A stretch of DNA of 64,000 nucleotides from contig NC_083287.1 in the NCBI RefSeq assembly GCF_963506605.1, forward strand, positions 50,406,001 to 50,470,000. Reading direction: 5' to 3'. Source of the stretch: Zootoca vivipara (lineage: Eukaryota). The notes beneath the pieces are model-generated. The model was given only the letters and a program-made list of their open reading frames with translations, made no database searches and was not told the origin of the DNA. A program made the position numbers and the translations under genes. The stretch's first letter is position 1; each line of letters begins with the position of its first letter. Below are positions 27,153 to 39,066 of the stretch, one piece after another.

Positions 27153-27934
27153 CTGAAAAGCAGAAGTCAAAATCTAATTACAGAAAAAAACAATGCCTGT
27201 AATTCTCAAAACATGAAGCCCCTGCAGGTGACTGAAGAAAGCAAGATGAAACCAGTAACTAAGCTACCATGTACTCGCCAGAATTAACCCTGCTAAATTA
27301 TGAGCAATTGTGTCTTCTTCCATGCTTACCCAACCATCAGACCAGGTTTTAACTAGCTTATTTAAAATAGGACAGCAGATCAGGATGAATGTACCGGTAG
27401 ACTGCTCTGTGACTTGCAGAAGATGGGCATGGTTTTTAACTATAACAAAAAAATTCTCAGCTAAATTGATCTGTTGGAATGAAGAAAGGAACCAGAAGTG
27501 CACTTTTGCATGAAACAATATTCAGCTCAGTTAGATCCTGGCACTGAAAACAAATCCCTAGTCTCAGAGGCACCCTTGTTTTTTCTTCTCTGATTCTAAC
27601 ATTGATTTCAACAGGGCTACCCTGAATACACTAATGTTTCATATTGTCCTGTCTTTATGATGCCACAAGATTCTTTTTTTATTTTTGTAAAAAATTGTTG
27701 TCAGTAACCAGAATTTAGTAAGGACGTATTAAAGCTGATCACAATCAATATGTTGGTTGTGGATTTGCATACTTCTTATTTACCTTTACTTTCTCATTAT
27801 AAACACTATAAAGCAGACTAAAAATTGCCAAGTTTTACTAAGATCATGTAGTAAATGCTGCAATCTTTTGTGTTTAAACACAAACATTTAAAGTAAATGA
27901 TGTTTGTGTTTGAATTACCAAAGTGCTTGCTTAC

Positions 27935-28084
27935 CAAAGTGTGAATCAATTCCGTTGTTAGATACTAAGCTATCAGTTGCTGCAACAGTGTCTGGCAAGT
28001 TGAAAGAAGCAGAGGAAGGCACCTTGACTGTTTTCACTAAGTCAATTAGTTCAGGAAAAGAAGCTCCAGACATATCTATAAAAC
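27935..28084 (-). CDS. GORASP1: GORASP1 exon 8
   Basis: ttccag|GT TTT ATA GAT..TTT G|gtaagc; GFIDMSGASF (human GFLDVSG). Confidence 0.85.
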
Positions 28085-28635
28085 CTGGAAAGCAATGGGG
28101 AAGAGAGAAAAGTACAGCCAATAATTTACAAGAGAAATAAATTGTTTAAAGGTGAAATTTCTTTCCTGTTCCTAGCTACCACCAAAATGCCTTGTAACTT
28201 AGAATGCCACCAAGAGACTTCTGCTTACCCCTCTGTTAGCCATGAACAGCCTGATACAAATATGCTGGAATCAGTGGAGGGTGTTATCTGACCCTTCTGG
28301 AAGCACGGCATGAAGTCATTCTTACTTTGATAAGTGCCTTGGGCAAAGGTATTCCTAACCTCCCACAGCCATCTCTGTTCGTAGGCTTATGACTCATGGG
28401 GTGGTAGGTGAGATTCTAAGGATCCTGTCACTGCAGGAGATGGATAGCAGCACCGTCGAGTTAGTATTCCCATCAGTGCCCTACATTGTTCCTCTCCCCA
28501 TGAGCAGACTACAATCTGCAAAGTCATAGTCAACACAGCTCTTCTTCATTGCAGAATTTCTGCACATTTGAACCTGCATATGAAAACCAGTCACTCAACT
28601 TTTATGCTCTAAAGGTCAACAGGTGAACAGATTAC

Positions 28636-28771
28636 CTGGATCCATGACTCTCTGCACAGGAGGAGGAGGCTGAAGAGAATTTTCTACTGAATACATATTT
28701 ACACTTTGATCTGTGCTGTACTCTAAGCTTGCAGGTTCTTCGCTTTGGGAGTTTGGTGCTAACAGAGGAGC
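28636..28771 (-). CDS. GORASP1: GORASP1 exon 7
   Basis: ttcag|GCT..CCA G|gtaatc; APLLAPNS...LQPPPPVQRVMDP. Confidence 0.92.
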
Positions 28772-29221
28772 CTGAAATAATTTATAAAAGAGAAAGAGTT
28801 GCATGCTTCAGAACAAGGAACACATTCATTATCCCTAAGCAAAGCAACTACAAAGGGGGCAGATGACATGACCTCATTAGAGGGCCACAGAGGCTTATAA
28901 CCTCACCCTAGGCAGAGTTTCCAAGGAGGAAAGGCTGCTTTACCCTCTGACCCAGAAGTGCAATGCAAGCCAATCAGCCCAGCAAACCCTACACAATGGT
29001 GTACACAGATGCTCAAGAAGAATGTAACCTAGCTTCCAGGCAGGTAAGTGGGACACGTCATGGCCCTCTGGAGAAAGGAACAAAAGTGAGTAGGTGGAGA
29101 GAAGGTATGTGAGCTGCCCATAATTCCTGGGAGTATTACAGCAGCTGAGCCCTTCCCTTTGCATATTAAAAATAGCAGCACCCACAAACCCTGCAGTCAT
29201 CTTTCACTGTGAAATGCCTAC

Positions 29222-29366
29222 CTCTGTATAGCCATTGGCTGGTGGTTCAGGAGGTGTGTCTCCCAAGGGCAAAGGAGAAGGGGGACCAGCTTCTGCCTTT
29301 TTCTTTGGTATAGAAGGCTGTGTTGGAATTCTGTGCAAATAGCCATATCCAATGCCGCACCCTAAA
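29222..29366 (-). CDS. GORASP1: GORASP1 exon 6
   Basis: tacag|..GAG|gtaggc; [17 protein letters not shown]...ANGYTE. Confidence 0.93.
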
Positions 29367-31019
29367 CTGTACAAGAAGGTAAATGAAAGAACAAGAAACA
29401 AGCTTGTACCCTTGAATATTTTTTTTCAAAGTAACTGACAGACGCCCATTTGACTCATGTAGAATAAAGGAGAGCCCAAGAGATACCCCTCCCCTGCGAA
29501 CAGGAGCAGCTCCTATCTCTCTAAACTGGAGCGTGCAGCCCTCCTTGGTCCCTCTAACTTTGGGGCAGAGACAAGTCTTGAGGCTATAAGTGATGTATAT
29601 TAGTTACGAAGCTTCCAGTCCGCAATCGCCCCCAGGAAGTAGGGCAGCTTGCTTTCTTCCACTTTTCCCTCAGCACAAATAAATACCATGGCACCAAAGA
29701 GACCTAGGCATTGCGGGGAGGGACGGTGTCTGGTAAGCAATCACACCAGACCTCAGCAGCCACTTTAAATAGGATTTTTTGTTAAGGTTTTAGGGTGTCA
29801 AAAGGGAAAAGGCAGAATGTTGCACGAAAGAAACATTTCAGGTCTCTCTATCCTTATGCAGCAACTTACAAAAAGGACTCTTCCCAAGTAGCAGAGCACT
29901 GTGGATGGTCAGAGGGGCAATGGAATGCTGGCGACATTCCAGTTTTAAAGACTCTTGACCCAGTGTGTTCTGATTGACAGGTGGCTCTGTCCAGTCAATA
30001 GAATGAGTGGCACATAACCAATAAAGGTGCTGTTTACCTTGGGAAATGGGCATCAAGTGTTAAAATTACTGCCAGATTTCCCCAACTCCCTTGTGGGATG
30101 ACAAACTTCCCTCAGCTCATGTACTGCAGTAACCTAGGAAATGAAAGCTGAGTAAACTGGAATTGTTTATAAAGGGTGCCAGGCTGCCCCTTGGTTATTC
30201 ACAGAGAACTAAAGTACATATTCATGAACCGAGTCCCCTACTTACTGAAGCCTGAATGGCAAAAGGATAGGAAAAGGAGACAGTCTGCCCTAAACTTGCA
30301 GGAAACTACAGGTAGATGAGGGGGTAGAAACTCCAAAATCCAGCACATGCACACTTCCTCTTGGCTCTTAGCTCAAAAGCAGGGACTGGGGTGGGGTGGG
30401 GTGGGGAACCATTAGGGGCAGCTTTCCCCACCTAGTTCATACACACCTGTATTTCACAAAAGGTCCCTCCACACTGCTTGAGGCTCAGTATCAATGTGAA
30501 TTAGCTCACACCTGAACCACATGGAAAGGACCATAAGGAAATATGGCAGCTAGGATCAGGGGCCCGGGTGCAGTTGCTATGACCGGTAGAGAAAATATGG
30601 CCCCTCGGTTGCACATCTTTATCACTGGTCTATTTCTGAACTACCACCCTACCTTTTATTGAACCACCACCTCAGATTTTGTTTCTAGGCTGCCTGCTAA
30701 CCCTCCTCTGCTCCATCCCTGACACATCAATCAACACACACCTTGGACCCTCATCTGTCTTTTACATTGCATTAAAATGCAAAGAAGGTAAACCCCTGGG
30801 TGAGAACTGCTGCTTCTGTGTTGTGTTGGTGCCAAGGCAAGTGTTCAACAGTGATAACACGAAACACAGAAACTGTAATGGCTTTCTAGGGTGCATAATT
30901 CTCCCATACTGTAGATCCCATGGAGCTAAACATCTTCACAACAATGTACAGGAAAGCATACTATGATAAGTAAGCTTTGACCTCATTTACAGACTATCCT
31001 GTCACTCACAAATCCATAC

Positions 31020-31150
31020 CTTCCTTCTCCACCCCAGGCTCCATTGGGGGTTACAAATACTTCTCGACAGGAATCAGCTTCTGTGTTATAGACCATCAGT
31101 TTCAACGGCTTCCCCTCGTGGGTTTCAATCAGTGAGAAAAAATCTTCTGA
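31020..31150 (-). CDS. GORASP1: GORASP1 exon 5
   Basis: ctcag|TCA..AG|gtatgg; [43 protein letters not shown]. Confidence 0.95.
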
Positions 31151-32210
31151 CTGAGAGTGGGGGAGAAAGACTCATCAACCCAACAGCTGCATTCTAGAAC
31201 CTCTCCCTGCCCGCCATTACATGCTTTCCAGGTGTCCTGTTGCTGTGTAGGACAAAGAATGACTAGCTAGAATTAGCAGCATGTTATTTGGTTATCCCCC
31301 TCACAAGGTCTCCTATAGGTAGCTGCCAAAGTACAAAGCAGCAGGAAACAGGTCTTTGCATTAATCTGTCAAGCTTCCATGTGCTATGGTTGGCAGAAAA
31401 GAGGACAAGATCTGAAGCAGTTAAAGCCAGAATCTGTGGCCCTTCAGATGTTGCTGGACTACAATTCTCATCCCTGACCACTGACCATGCAGGTTAAGAT
31501 TGATGGTAGCTGGAGTTCAACATCTAGAGGGCCACAGGTTACACCATTACTGCTGTGTAGGGCAGAATGGTTTGACACCACAAGTGCAAATGCAGGAGGG
31601 GGGCAGAAGGTGCTTGGAGAAAGTAGGAAGATCACCCATGAAATGGTACTGGGCAGGAGTGGATGTAACTCCTCTCCGCTATTGCCATCAATCCTCTGTG
31701 CAAAACACCGTTAGCTCAGCTGTGCAGAACTCCCCAGCCCATGGGCCTAGTTCAGTGTGCCAGGTCATTTCAGCCAAGCCATGCTGTCACCGGACGTCAA
31801 GTGCAAGACAGACTAAGCCAAATTCAAATGGGAGGATTGGTAACAAACTCTGAACTCTTCCTTTGCAACCTCAACTTGAATTCAGTGCTTTTTCGATTTG
31901 GCTCCTTTCCAAACCCTTGAGAACAAGTGGGTGGATATTTAAAGACAGAGCTACACATTTTGCACAGAGAAATTTATATCTAGTCCCAAAGCAAAGAAAC
32001 TGGGAAGGAGACTGCATGTTTAGAATGGCTTAAGCCTGGGGAATACTTGCTACAATGATCATAGTGCAATTATAGGCATATCTACTCTGAAACTGAATTA
32101 AATGGGGCTTTCTCCCAGGTAAGTGCCTATGAGATTGCAGCAGCAATCACTGAAAACTGTCTAGCCCCACCCCCCATTCAGCCAATGGTGCAACTGATGA
32201 CTCACTTTAC

Positions 32211-32297
32211 CTCCTGCAGTATCTGATCCGATCCAACAATATAATCAGTGTGCGGCTTCAGGCCAGCCAGGGCTGCTGGGGAAGCCGGTTCCACATC
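32211..32297 (-). CDS. GORASP1: GORASP1 exon 4
   Basis: tctag|GAT..GAG|gtaaag; [29 protein letters not shown]. Confidence 0.95.
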
Positions 32298-32933
32298 CTA
32301 GAGAGACATTGATCAGTTATGTTACCTACGCCTAGTCAACAAATCAAGCAGCAAAAAAGCCTACATCCAGTTGTTTGCAAACAATGTTCCCAGAAACCCT
32401 TGCAAGCTCATCTTCAATAGGAGATGAGATAATAGCAGACCAATTCCAGGAAAGTTGTCCACTGTTACCAGACCCACTCATCATGGCAGAGGTGAGTGCA
32501 TGCTAGGAAAACGCTTTTTCTTGGGGAGGGGGGGGGAAATGGGCACCATCTGGTGCACCCTAGAATGCTCTGCAATGTGCAGACAAGTCAATGTGGAAAT
32601 GTTTCCCTGCAGGAGAGGAAGTTTGACAAACAATGCCTTTACTCAAAAAATATTGTGAAAGGGGAGGGGGACAAAGAAAATAAGCCCAGAGCTGACCATC
32701 TCAAAATCCGCTCACCAAAGGGGTTCCCACGATAGTCTGTTGCAGCAAAAACAGCAAAGAGTCTTGTGGCACCTTAAAGGCTAACACTATATTGTACAAT
32801 AAAACTGGTTAGTCTTTAAGGTGCCACAAAACTGTTTGCTGAAGGATTCTTTCTTGGGATAAAACATGCAAACCCTAAATTCAAAGTGACAGAGTAAGGA
32901 AGTGACAACGCACAACCATCATTTCCTACTTAC

Positions 32934-33137
32934 CAGCACATGCCACACCTGCTCACTGGCTCTCTGGAAGCTACAGAACCTCACACTGGCTCCCAGGAGT
33001 CCCTGCCCTCCCCACATGTTGCTGGGGACCACCTCCACTTCACGCACTTTCATCGTTTTAATGTTGTACACCTCCAGTTTCACAGCCTTCTCAACATTGG
33101 CTTTCAGCAGATCTTTTAAGATGTCCCCTTCTTTGTT
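32934..33137 (-). CDS. GORASP1: GORASP1 exon 3
   Basis: (T)18 gag|AAC..CTG|gtaagt; [17 protein letters not shown]...ASEQVWHVL. Confidence 0.94.
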
Positions 33138-35007
33138 CTCAAAAAAAAAAAAAAAAAAGGAAGGAAAGGAAATGTAAGAGGTTTGCTTCTGGGCAGTAGT
33201 CAACAGACCGCTAGGTTGCCAACAACAACAACAACAAAATAAATTGTTAATTTTTAAAATGATTTTATAAGTGGTTTTCCCAGCCACACAGGGCAGCTCC
33301 CAGCAGAATAGCAAAATCACTATAAAACACCAAACATTAAAAACTTCCCTAAACAGGGCTGAAACCAGTTTAAAGATTCACAGAGGCTATGTGGAGGGAC
33401 AGGCCAGCAGCTGCAGAAATTGAGGTTGAAGTATCAACTTGCCTTCCATAAAGTGGATATTTCTTAATACCTTATGGAACTGACAGCCACAAGATGTGCT
33501 ATGGCCACTAACTTAAGATGAATTTATTTTATTAATTCATTAAACATATCTCCTGCCTGCTTTTCCAAAAGAATGCACTGGAGGAGGAGAACAGCAATAA
33601 AAATAAATTCAGCACTTCCTGAGGCAATAAATTCTGTTAAGTTTATTGGAAAGTACTTTTTAAAAGAACACCTCCAACTGAAAACAAAGGTCCCATATAG
33701 CTAAGGCAATTTACCAGTACCTCTGAATACCAGGTTCTGGGGATTACAACAGGAGGAGGGCTGTGGCCTTTATGCCCCATTTGTGAGCTTTTAGTCATGC
33801 ACCGTTTAGGACATTTAACAATAGAGGTACTTATTTTAAAGCAAATCCCTCTGAAATAAACAGGAGTTGCTTCTAATCAAGCATGATTAGGTCATAAAAG
33901 AAATGTGCAAAAAAATAAGCACCACCATTTGCCATGCCTTTATCCAATGAAACATAAAGTATGTTTTGTAGCCATAATGTATGTGGGCCAAGCAGCTTCA
34001 AACATGTTAATTATTTACAGGCTGATATTTGAACAAGTGTTGAAAACTAGTTTTGTGACATGGTGACAGGTCAACACCCTCCTTCCCTTCCCTCCACAGT
34101 GCAACACACCCACCAGCTCTGATGAACTAGAGATGTTTGCAGCACAGATCCCAACTTGAGCAAGTGTACCCAGCCATTTTCTAGAGGAGAAGTTGGGACA
34201 TATCTGATTTCGGAAGAAATCTCCTTTCCAATTCAGACCCCAATATGGCCTGTCCGTTACATCCACGACCAGAACTTCCAAGACAAACAGACATATGTAA
34301 AGGATGGAATTCTGCTACTCGGATTTTTTTAAAGAAACCTAATCACAGAACCACCCTTAATCTCATGCAAACTCACAAGCACAGGTTAGTAAAAAAACCT
34401 GAAACCTTTGTTCATACAGGACACTCACAGCCAGACATTTCAGATGCTTCCATGGCCAACAGTGGGAAGGACCTGCTTGCAAGTTCGCACTCTGCCATTC
34501 TGAGTCACAGGTACTATGACCAACCAAGCCCTGCATAGGGGCAGCCTCCCTTATGACTAAACTTCCAAGCAAATGAACCTACAACAGTGTACAGTCCTTC
34601 TATGTTTTTAGAAGGGCCTCCCAAGAGGGAAACATGAGCAGCTGGGCAGAACCGCAGCCCATATCTCCCAAGTGGTCTGTGCCTATCCGGCAGTTCTACT
34701 TGCTGACTCCTAGTTTTCATTTATTAATTCATTAGTTCCACATATGCACCAATTTTCTTCCACCACAGAGTTCAAGGCAATCTTGAATACATGCTATCAT
34801 GCTTTTCCTCTTCTTTTGCTTTTTTTTTGGGGGGGGGGCAGATATCTGCCATCCAAGCACTGAGCAGATCTACTTAGCTTAAGTGGCAGCTTCATGTACC
34901 TTCAGGTCATGCTTTGGGATGCATTTATTTATAGTACATCAGCAACATACTTACCTGCTAGAGCTCAGCATTAAAAAAAAACCAGTGACTTTTGTTTAGC
35001 TACTTAC

Positions 35008-35088
35008 CAGTCTGGTGTGTCCTATTGTGAGGATGAAATCAAAGAATGGCTCCAGTCCAGCCTGCTGAGCAGGGGAGTTTTCCTGAAC
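35008..35088 (-). CDS. GORASP1: GORASP1 exon 2
   Basis: ttcag|GTT..CTG|gtaagt; [27 protein letters not shown]. Confidence 0.95.
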
Positions 35089-36852
35089 CTGAAAAATGGC
35101 AGAGTTTTACATATACAGTAGATTAATCAAATGAAAAAAATGTCAGTGTAAGCACACGTTTTCTAAATTATGTAATGCAAAAAGTATTCATACCAAGCAT
35201 GCTTATGAGCTGACAATAAGAGACTTGTCTTTCGGCAGTTGGGAGAGGTTATACTGGCCTAGAGCAAAAGGAAAATACCACAACCAACCATCCTAACAAA
35301 CAGGTTAGATGTATTGCTCAGAACCCCTCTCCTCCCTAGCCAAACTGAAGCCAAAAGGAATTTTGAAAGGCAGACTTTCGGTCCATCTAGCTCAGTATTG
35401 TCTACCCTGATGGTCAGTGGCTCCACAGGGTGTCAGACAGGAGTATCTCCCAGTGATACCTGGAGATGCTGGGAATTGAAACTGGTGCTCCATGCGACGA
35501 ACCCCCTTGCCGACGTTGCCAATAGATTATGAGATGAAAGGGTACAGGAGTAAAGCAATCCCCACTCAATTCCTTTCGCCTTAAAATAAACCCCTCAATT
35601 CTGGGCTTCTCAGTAAAGAGAGTCTAATTCCAGATTTCGTGGCCTGATCTCACATCCCCACTGTATCAGTCTGCCATATCACCCTGGCAAAGTTGTGGCA
35701 CTCTAGGTTTTCACCATACTGCCCTTCCCGTGTGACTCTAGGACACAAACTATCCCCTTTTCCTTAGGTAAGTTTTGCCCTTTTCTGAGTCTCCACCTCT
35801 GTGAGTTTTAATACGCTGCTGGAATAACCAAGACGATACTCTTTGGCACAAAAAGAAGATGAATTTTATTTTCTTGAGAACATAGGTTTTTCTTTTCTTA
35901 ACGATGCATAAGTTTACAAGCTTAGTTACAGTTATACATTAACTCTGTCAGACTTGTAACTTCAAGTTATCCTAAGCCTAACCGAAACCACCACTATTCT
36001 GGCCCCACACCCTTCTTCTTCCCTCTTCGTCACCACACTCCCCCTCTCCCTCTTCCAAAGGCCAAACCGGGCACTGTCCTGCCTCCTAAAGATGTGCTTT
36101 CAGTTAAACTGGAGGTGGATTAACTCTTTCTAATCCAGGGTGTAATAAATCTTCCATCCTGGGGCTAATCCGTTACACTCCACCACTCAGTTACATCACT
36201 TCCCCAAATAAAGCATGCACCTAAGAGATGCAGTTTCACAACAGTCAAAGAAGTAACCTATGGAAGACAAAGTACACAGCAGAGAGAGAGTACGGTACTA
36301 TGCAGTGCAAGTCACAGGGAGAAACTTTTAAGCTCTTCCTTCAAAGAGGAGACCAGGTATAAACTATGTACAAAACACCAACTGGGAAATACCAATCTGC
36401 TGCTGCCTTCATGCTTGATATGCTTTCAGGCTCTACAGGCAAAGTTGGGAGCACCAGACTGGTCTACCTCACAATTCAATTTTATCTATATAAGCCTTTT
36501 GTTGCACAGATGGGCTGGGCAGACATTACAAAGAAATGCACAGCCCACCAGCTTCCAACTGCAACCAGGAAATACCAATATTTATTGCACCTACAGGAAG
36601 CACAGTGTGGCTTACACAAGTAATTTCTCAGCCAGACACCAACTGTCAGGTAGAAAGACGTGCTCAGCTTTAACAATAAAACAATGTAGTTCTTGTGCTC
36701 TCGAGATTATTCACCTACAATCAGAAGCTGTTTGTGGTAGATTTACTGAATGACAACGTGTACAAATGTGATTTGCTAAAGACTGTGTGATAACCAGAAA
36801 AAAACTGCAAGCATAGCTAAGCACTACAGAGATTGGATCCAGTTGCACATAA

Positions 36853-37147
36853 GTTGTTATTGTTGTTGTTTAGTCGTTTAGTTATGTCCGACTCTTTGTG
36901 ACCCCATGGACCAGAGCACGCCAGGCACGCTTGCCTTCCACTGCCTCCCGCAGTTTGGTCACTCATGTTGGTAGCTTTGAGAACACTATCCAACCATCTC
37001 GTCCTCTGTTGTCCCCTTCTCCTTGTGCCCTCAATCTTTCCCAGCATCAGGGTCTTTTCCAGGGAGTCTTCTCATGAGGGGGCCAAAGTATTGGAGCCTC
37101 AGCTTCAGGATCTGACCTTCCAGTGAGCACTCAGGACTGATTTCCTT
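36853..37147 (-). mobile_element. RTE-BovB LINE 3' fragment
   Basis: (CAA)n tail, encodes MLGKIEGTRRRGQQRTRWLD; homologous to 38770-39066. Confidence 0.9.
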
Positions 37148-37272
37148 TAATTCTCATTAAAACCAATGGGACTTAAGCCACAACCAACCCATCACATTGA
37201 TTTTAATAAGGCCTATGTGAAATTAATGTGGCCCAACCCCTTTCTATTATATGTATTGTATGTATTTATATC

Positions 37273-39066
37273 AGGAAACTGAATGCAGATTTCCAAAAAA
37301 CAGCAAGGAGAGACAAAAGGGTCTTCTTAAATGAGCAATGCAAAGAAATAGAGGAAAACAATAGAATGGGGAAAACCAGAGATCTGTTCAAGAAAATTGG
37401 AGATATGAAAGGAACATTTCGTACAAAGATTACCATAATCAAGGACAAAAGTGGTAAGGACCTAACAGAAGCAGAAGACATCAAGAAGAGGTGGCAAGAA
37501 TACACAGAGGAATTATACCAGAAAGATATGGAGGTCTCGTACACCCCAGGTAGTGTGGTTGCTGACCTTGAGCCAGACATCTTGGAGAGTGAAGTCAAAT
37601 GGGCCTTAGAAAGCACTGCTAATAACAAGGCCAGTGGAAGCGATGATATTCCAGCTGAACTATTTAAAATTTTAAAAGATGATGCTGTTAAGGTGCTACA
37701 CCCAATATGCCAGCAAGTTTGGAAAACTCAGCAATGGCCAGAGGATTGGAGAAGATCAGTCTACATCTCAATTCCAAAGAAGGGCAGTGCTAAAGAATGC
37801 TCCAACTACCGCACAATTGCGCTCATTTCACACGCTAGCAAGGTTATGCTTAAAATTCTACAAGGCAGGCTTAGGCAGTATGTGGACCGAGAACTCCCAG
37901 AAGTGCAAGCTGGATTTCGAAAGGGCAGAGGAACCAGAGACCAAATAGCAAACATGCGCTGGATTATGGAGAAAGCTAGAGAGTTCCAGAAAAACGTCTA
38001 CTTCTGCTTCATTGACTATGCAAAAGCCTTTGACTGTGTAGACCACAGCAAACTTGGGCAAGTTCTTAAAGAAATGGGAGTGCCTGATCACCTTATCTGA
38101 CTCCTGAGAAATCTCTATGTGGGACAAGAAGCTACAGTTAAAACTGGATATGGAACAACTGATTGGTTCAAAATTGGGAAAGGAGTACGACAAGGTTGTA
38201 TATTGTCTCCCTGCTTATTTAACTTATATGCAGAATTCATCATGCGAAAGGCTGGACTAGATGAATCCCAAGCCGGAATTAAGATTGCCGGAAGAAATAT
38301 CAACAACCTCAGATATGCAGATGACACAACCTTGATGGCAGAAAGCGAGGAGGAATTAAAGAACCTTTTAATGAGGGTGAAAGAGGAGAGCGCAAAATAT
38401 GGTCTGAAGCTCAACATCAAAAAAACCAAGATCATGGCCACTGGTCCCATCACCTCCTGGCAAATAGAAGGGGAAGAAATGGAGGCAGTGAGAGATTTTA
38501 CTTTCTTGGGTCACGAAATTAAAAGACGCCTGCTTCCTGGGAGAAAAGCAATGACAAACCTAGACAGCATCTTAAAAAGCAGAGACATCACCTTGCCGAC
38601 AAAGGTCCGTATAGTTAAAGCTATGGTTTCCCCAGTGGTGATGTATGGAAGTGAGAGCTGGACCATAAAGAAGGCTGATCGCCGAAGAATTGATGCTTTT
38701 GAATTATGGTGCTGGAGGAGACTCTTGAGAGTCCCATGGACTGCAAGAAGATCAAACCTATCCATTCTTAAGGAAATCAGCCCTGGGTGCTCCCTGGAAG
38801 GACAGATCGTGAAGCTGAGGCTCCAATACTTTGGCCACCTCATGAGAAGAGAAGAATCCTTGGAAAAGACCCTGATGTTGGGAAAGATTGAGGGCACTAG
38901 GAGAAGGGGACGACAGAGGACAAGATGGTTGGACAGTGTTCTCGAAGCTACGAACATGAGTTTGACCAAACTGCGGGAGGCAGTGCGAGACAGGAGTGCC
39001 TGGCGTGCTATGGTCCATGGGGTCACGAAGAGTCGGACACGACTAAACGACTAAACAACAACAACA
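37273..39066 (+). mobile_element. RTE-BovB LINE, 5'-truncated (RT domain to 3' end)
   Basis: RT motifs NYRTIALISH, QAGFRKGRGT, DYAKAFD, GVRQGCILSP, YADD; C-terminus WRAMVHGVTKSRTRLND; (CAA)n tail; 13-bp TSD ATGTATTTATATC at 37260-37272 and 39067-39079; one TGA at 38098. Confidence 0.95.

Noticed and set aside
30388-30406. (GGGGT)3GGGG G-quadruplex motif
   Set aside because: The motif is real but common, deep in an intron and on the GORASP1 template strand; there is no evidence of function.
37858-39026. Minus-strand ORFs of 86-171 aa
   Set aside because: Antisense shadows of the BovB RT ORF.
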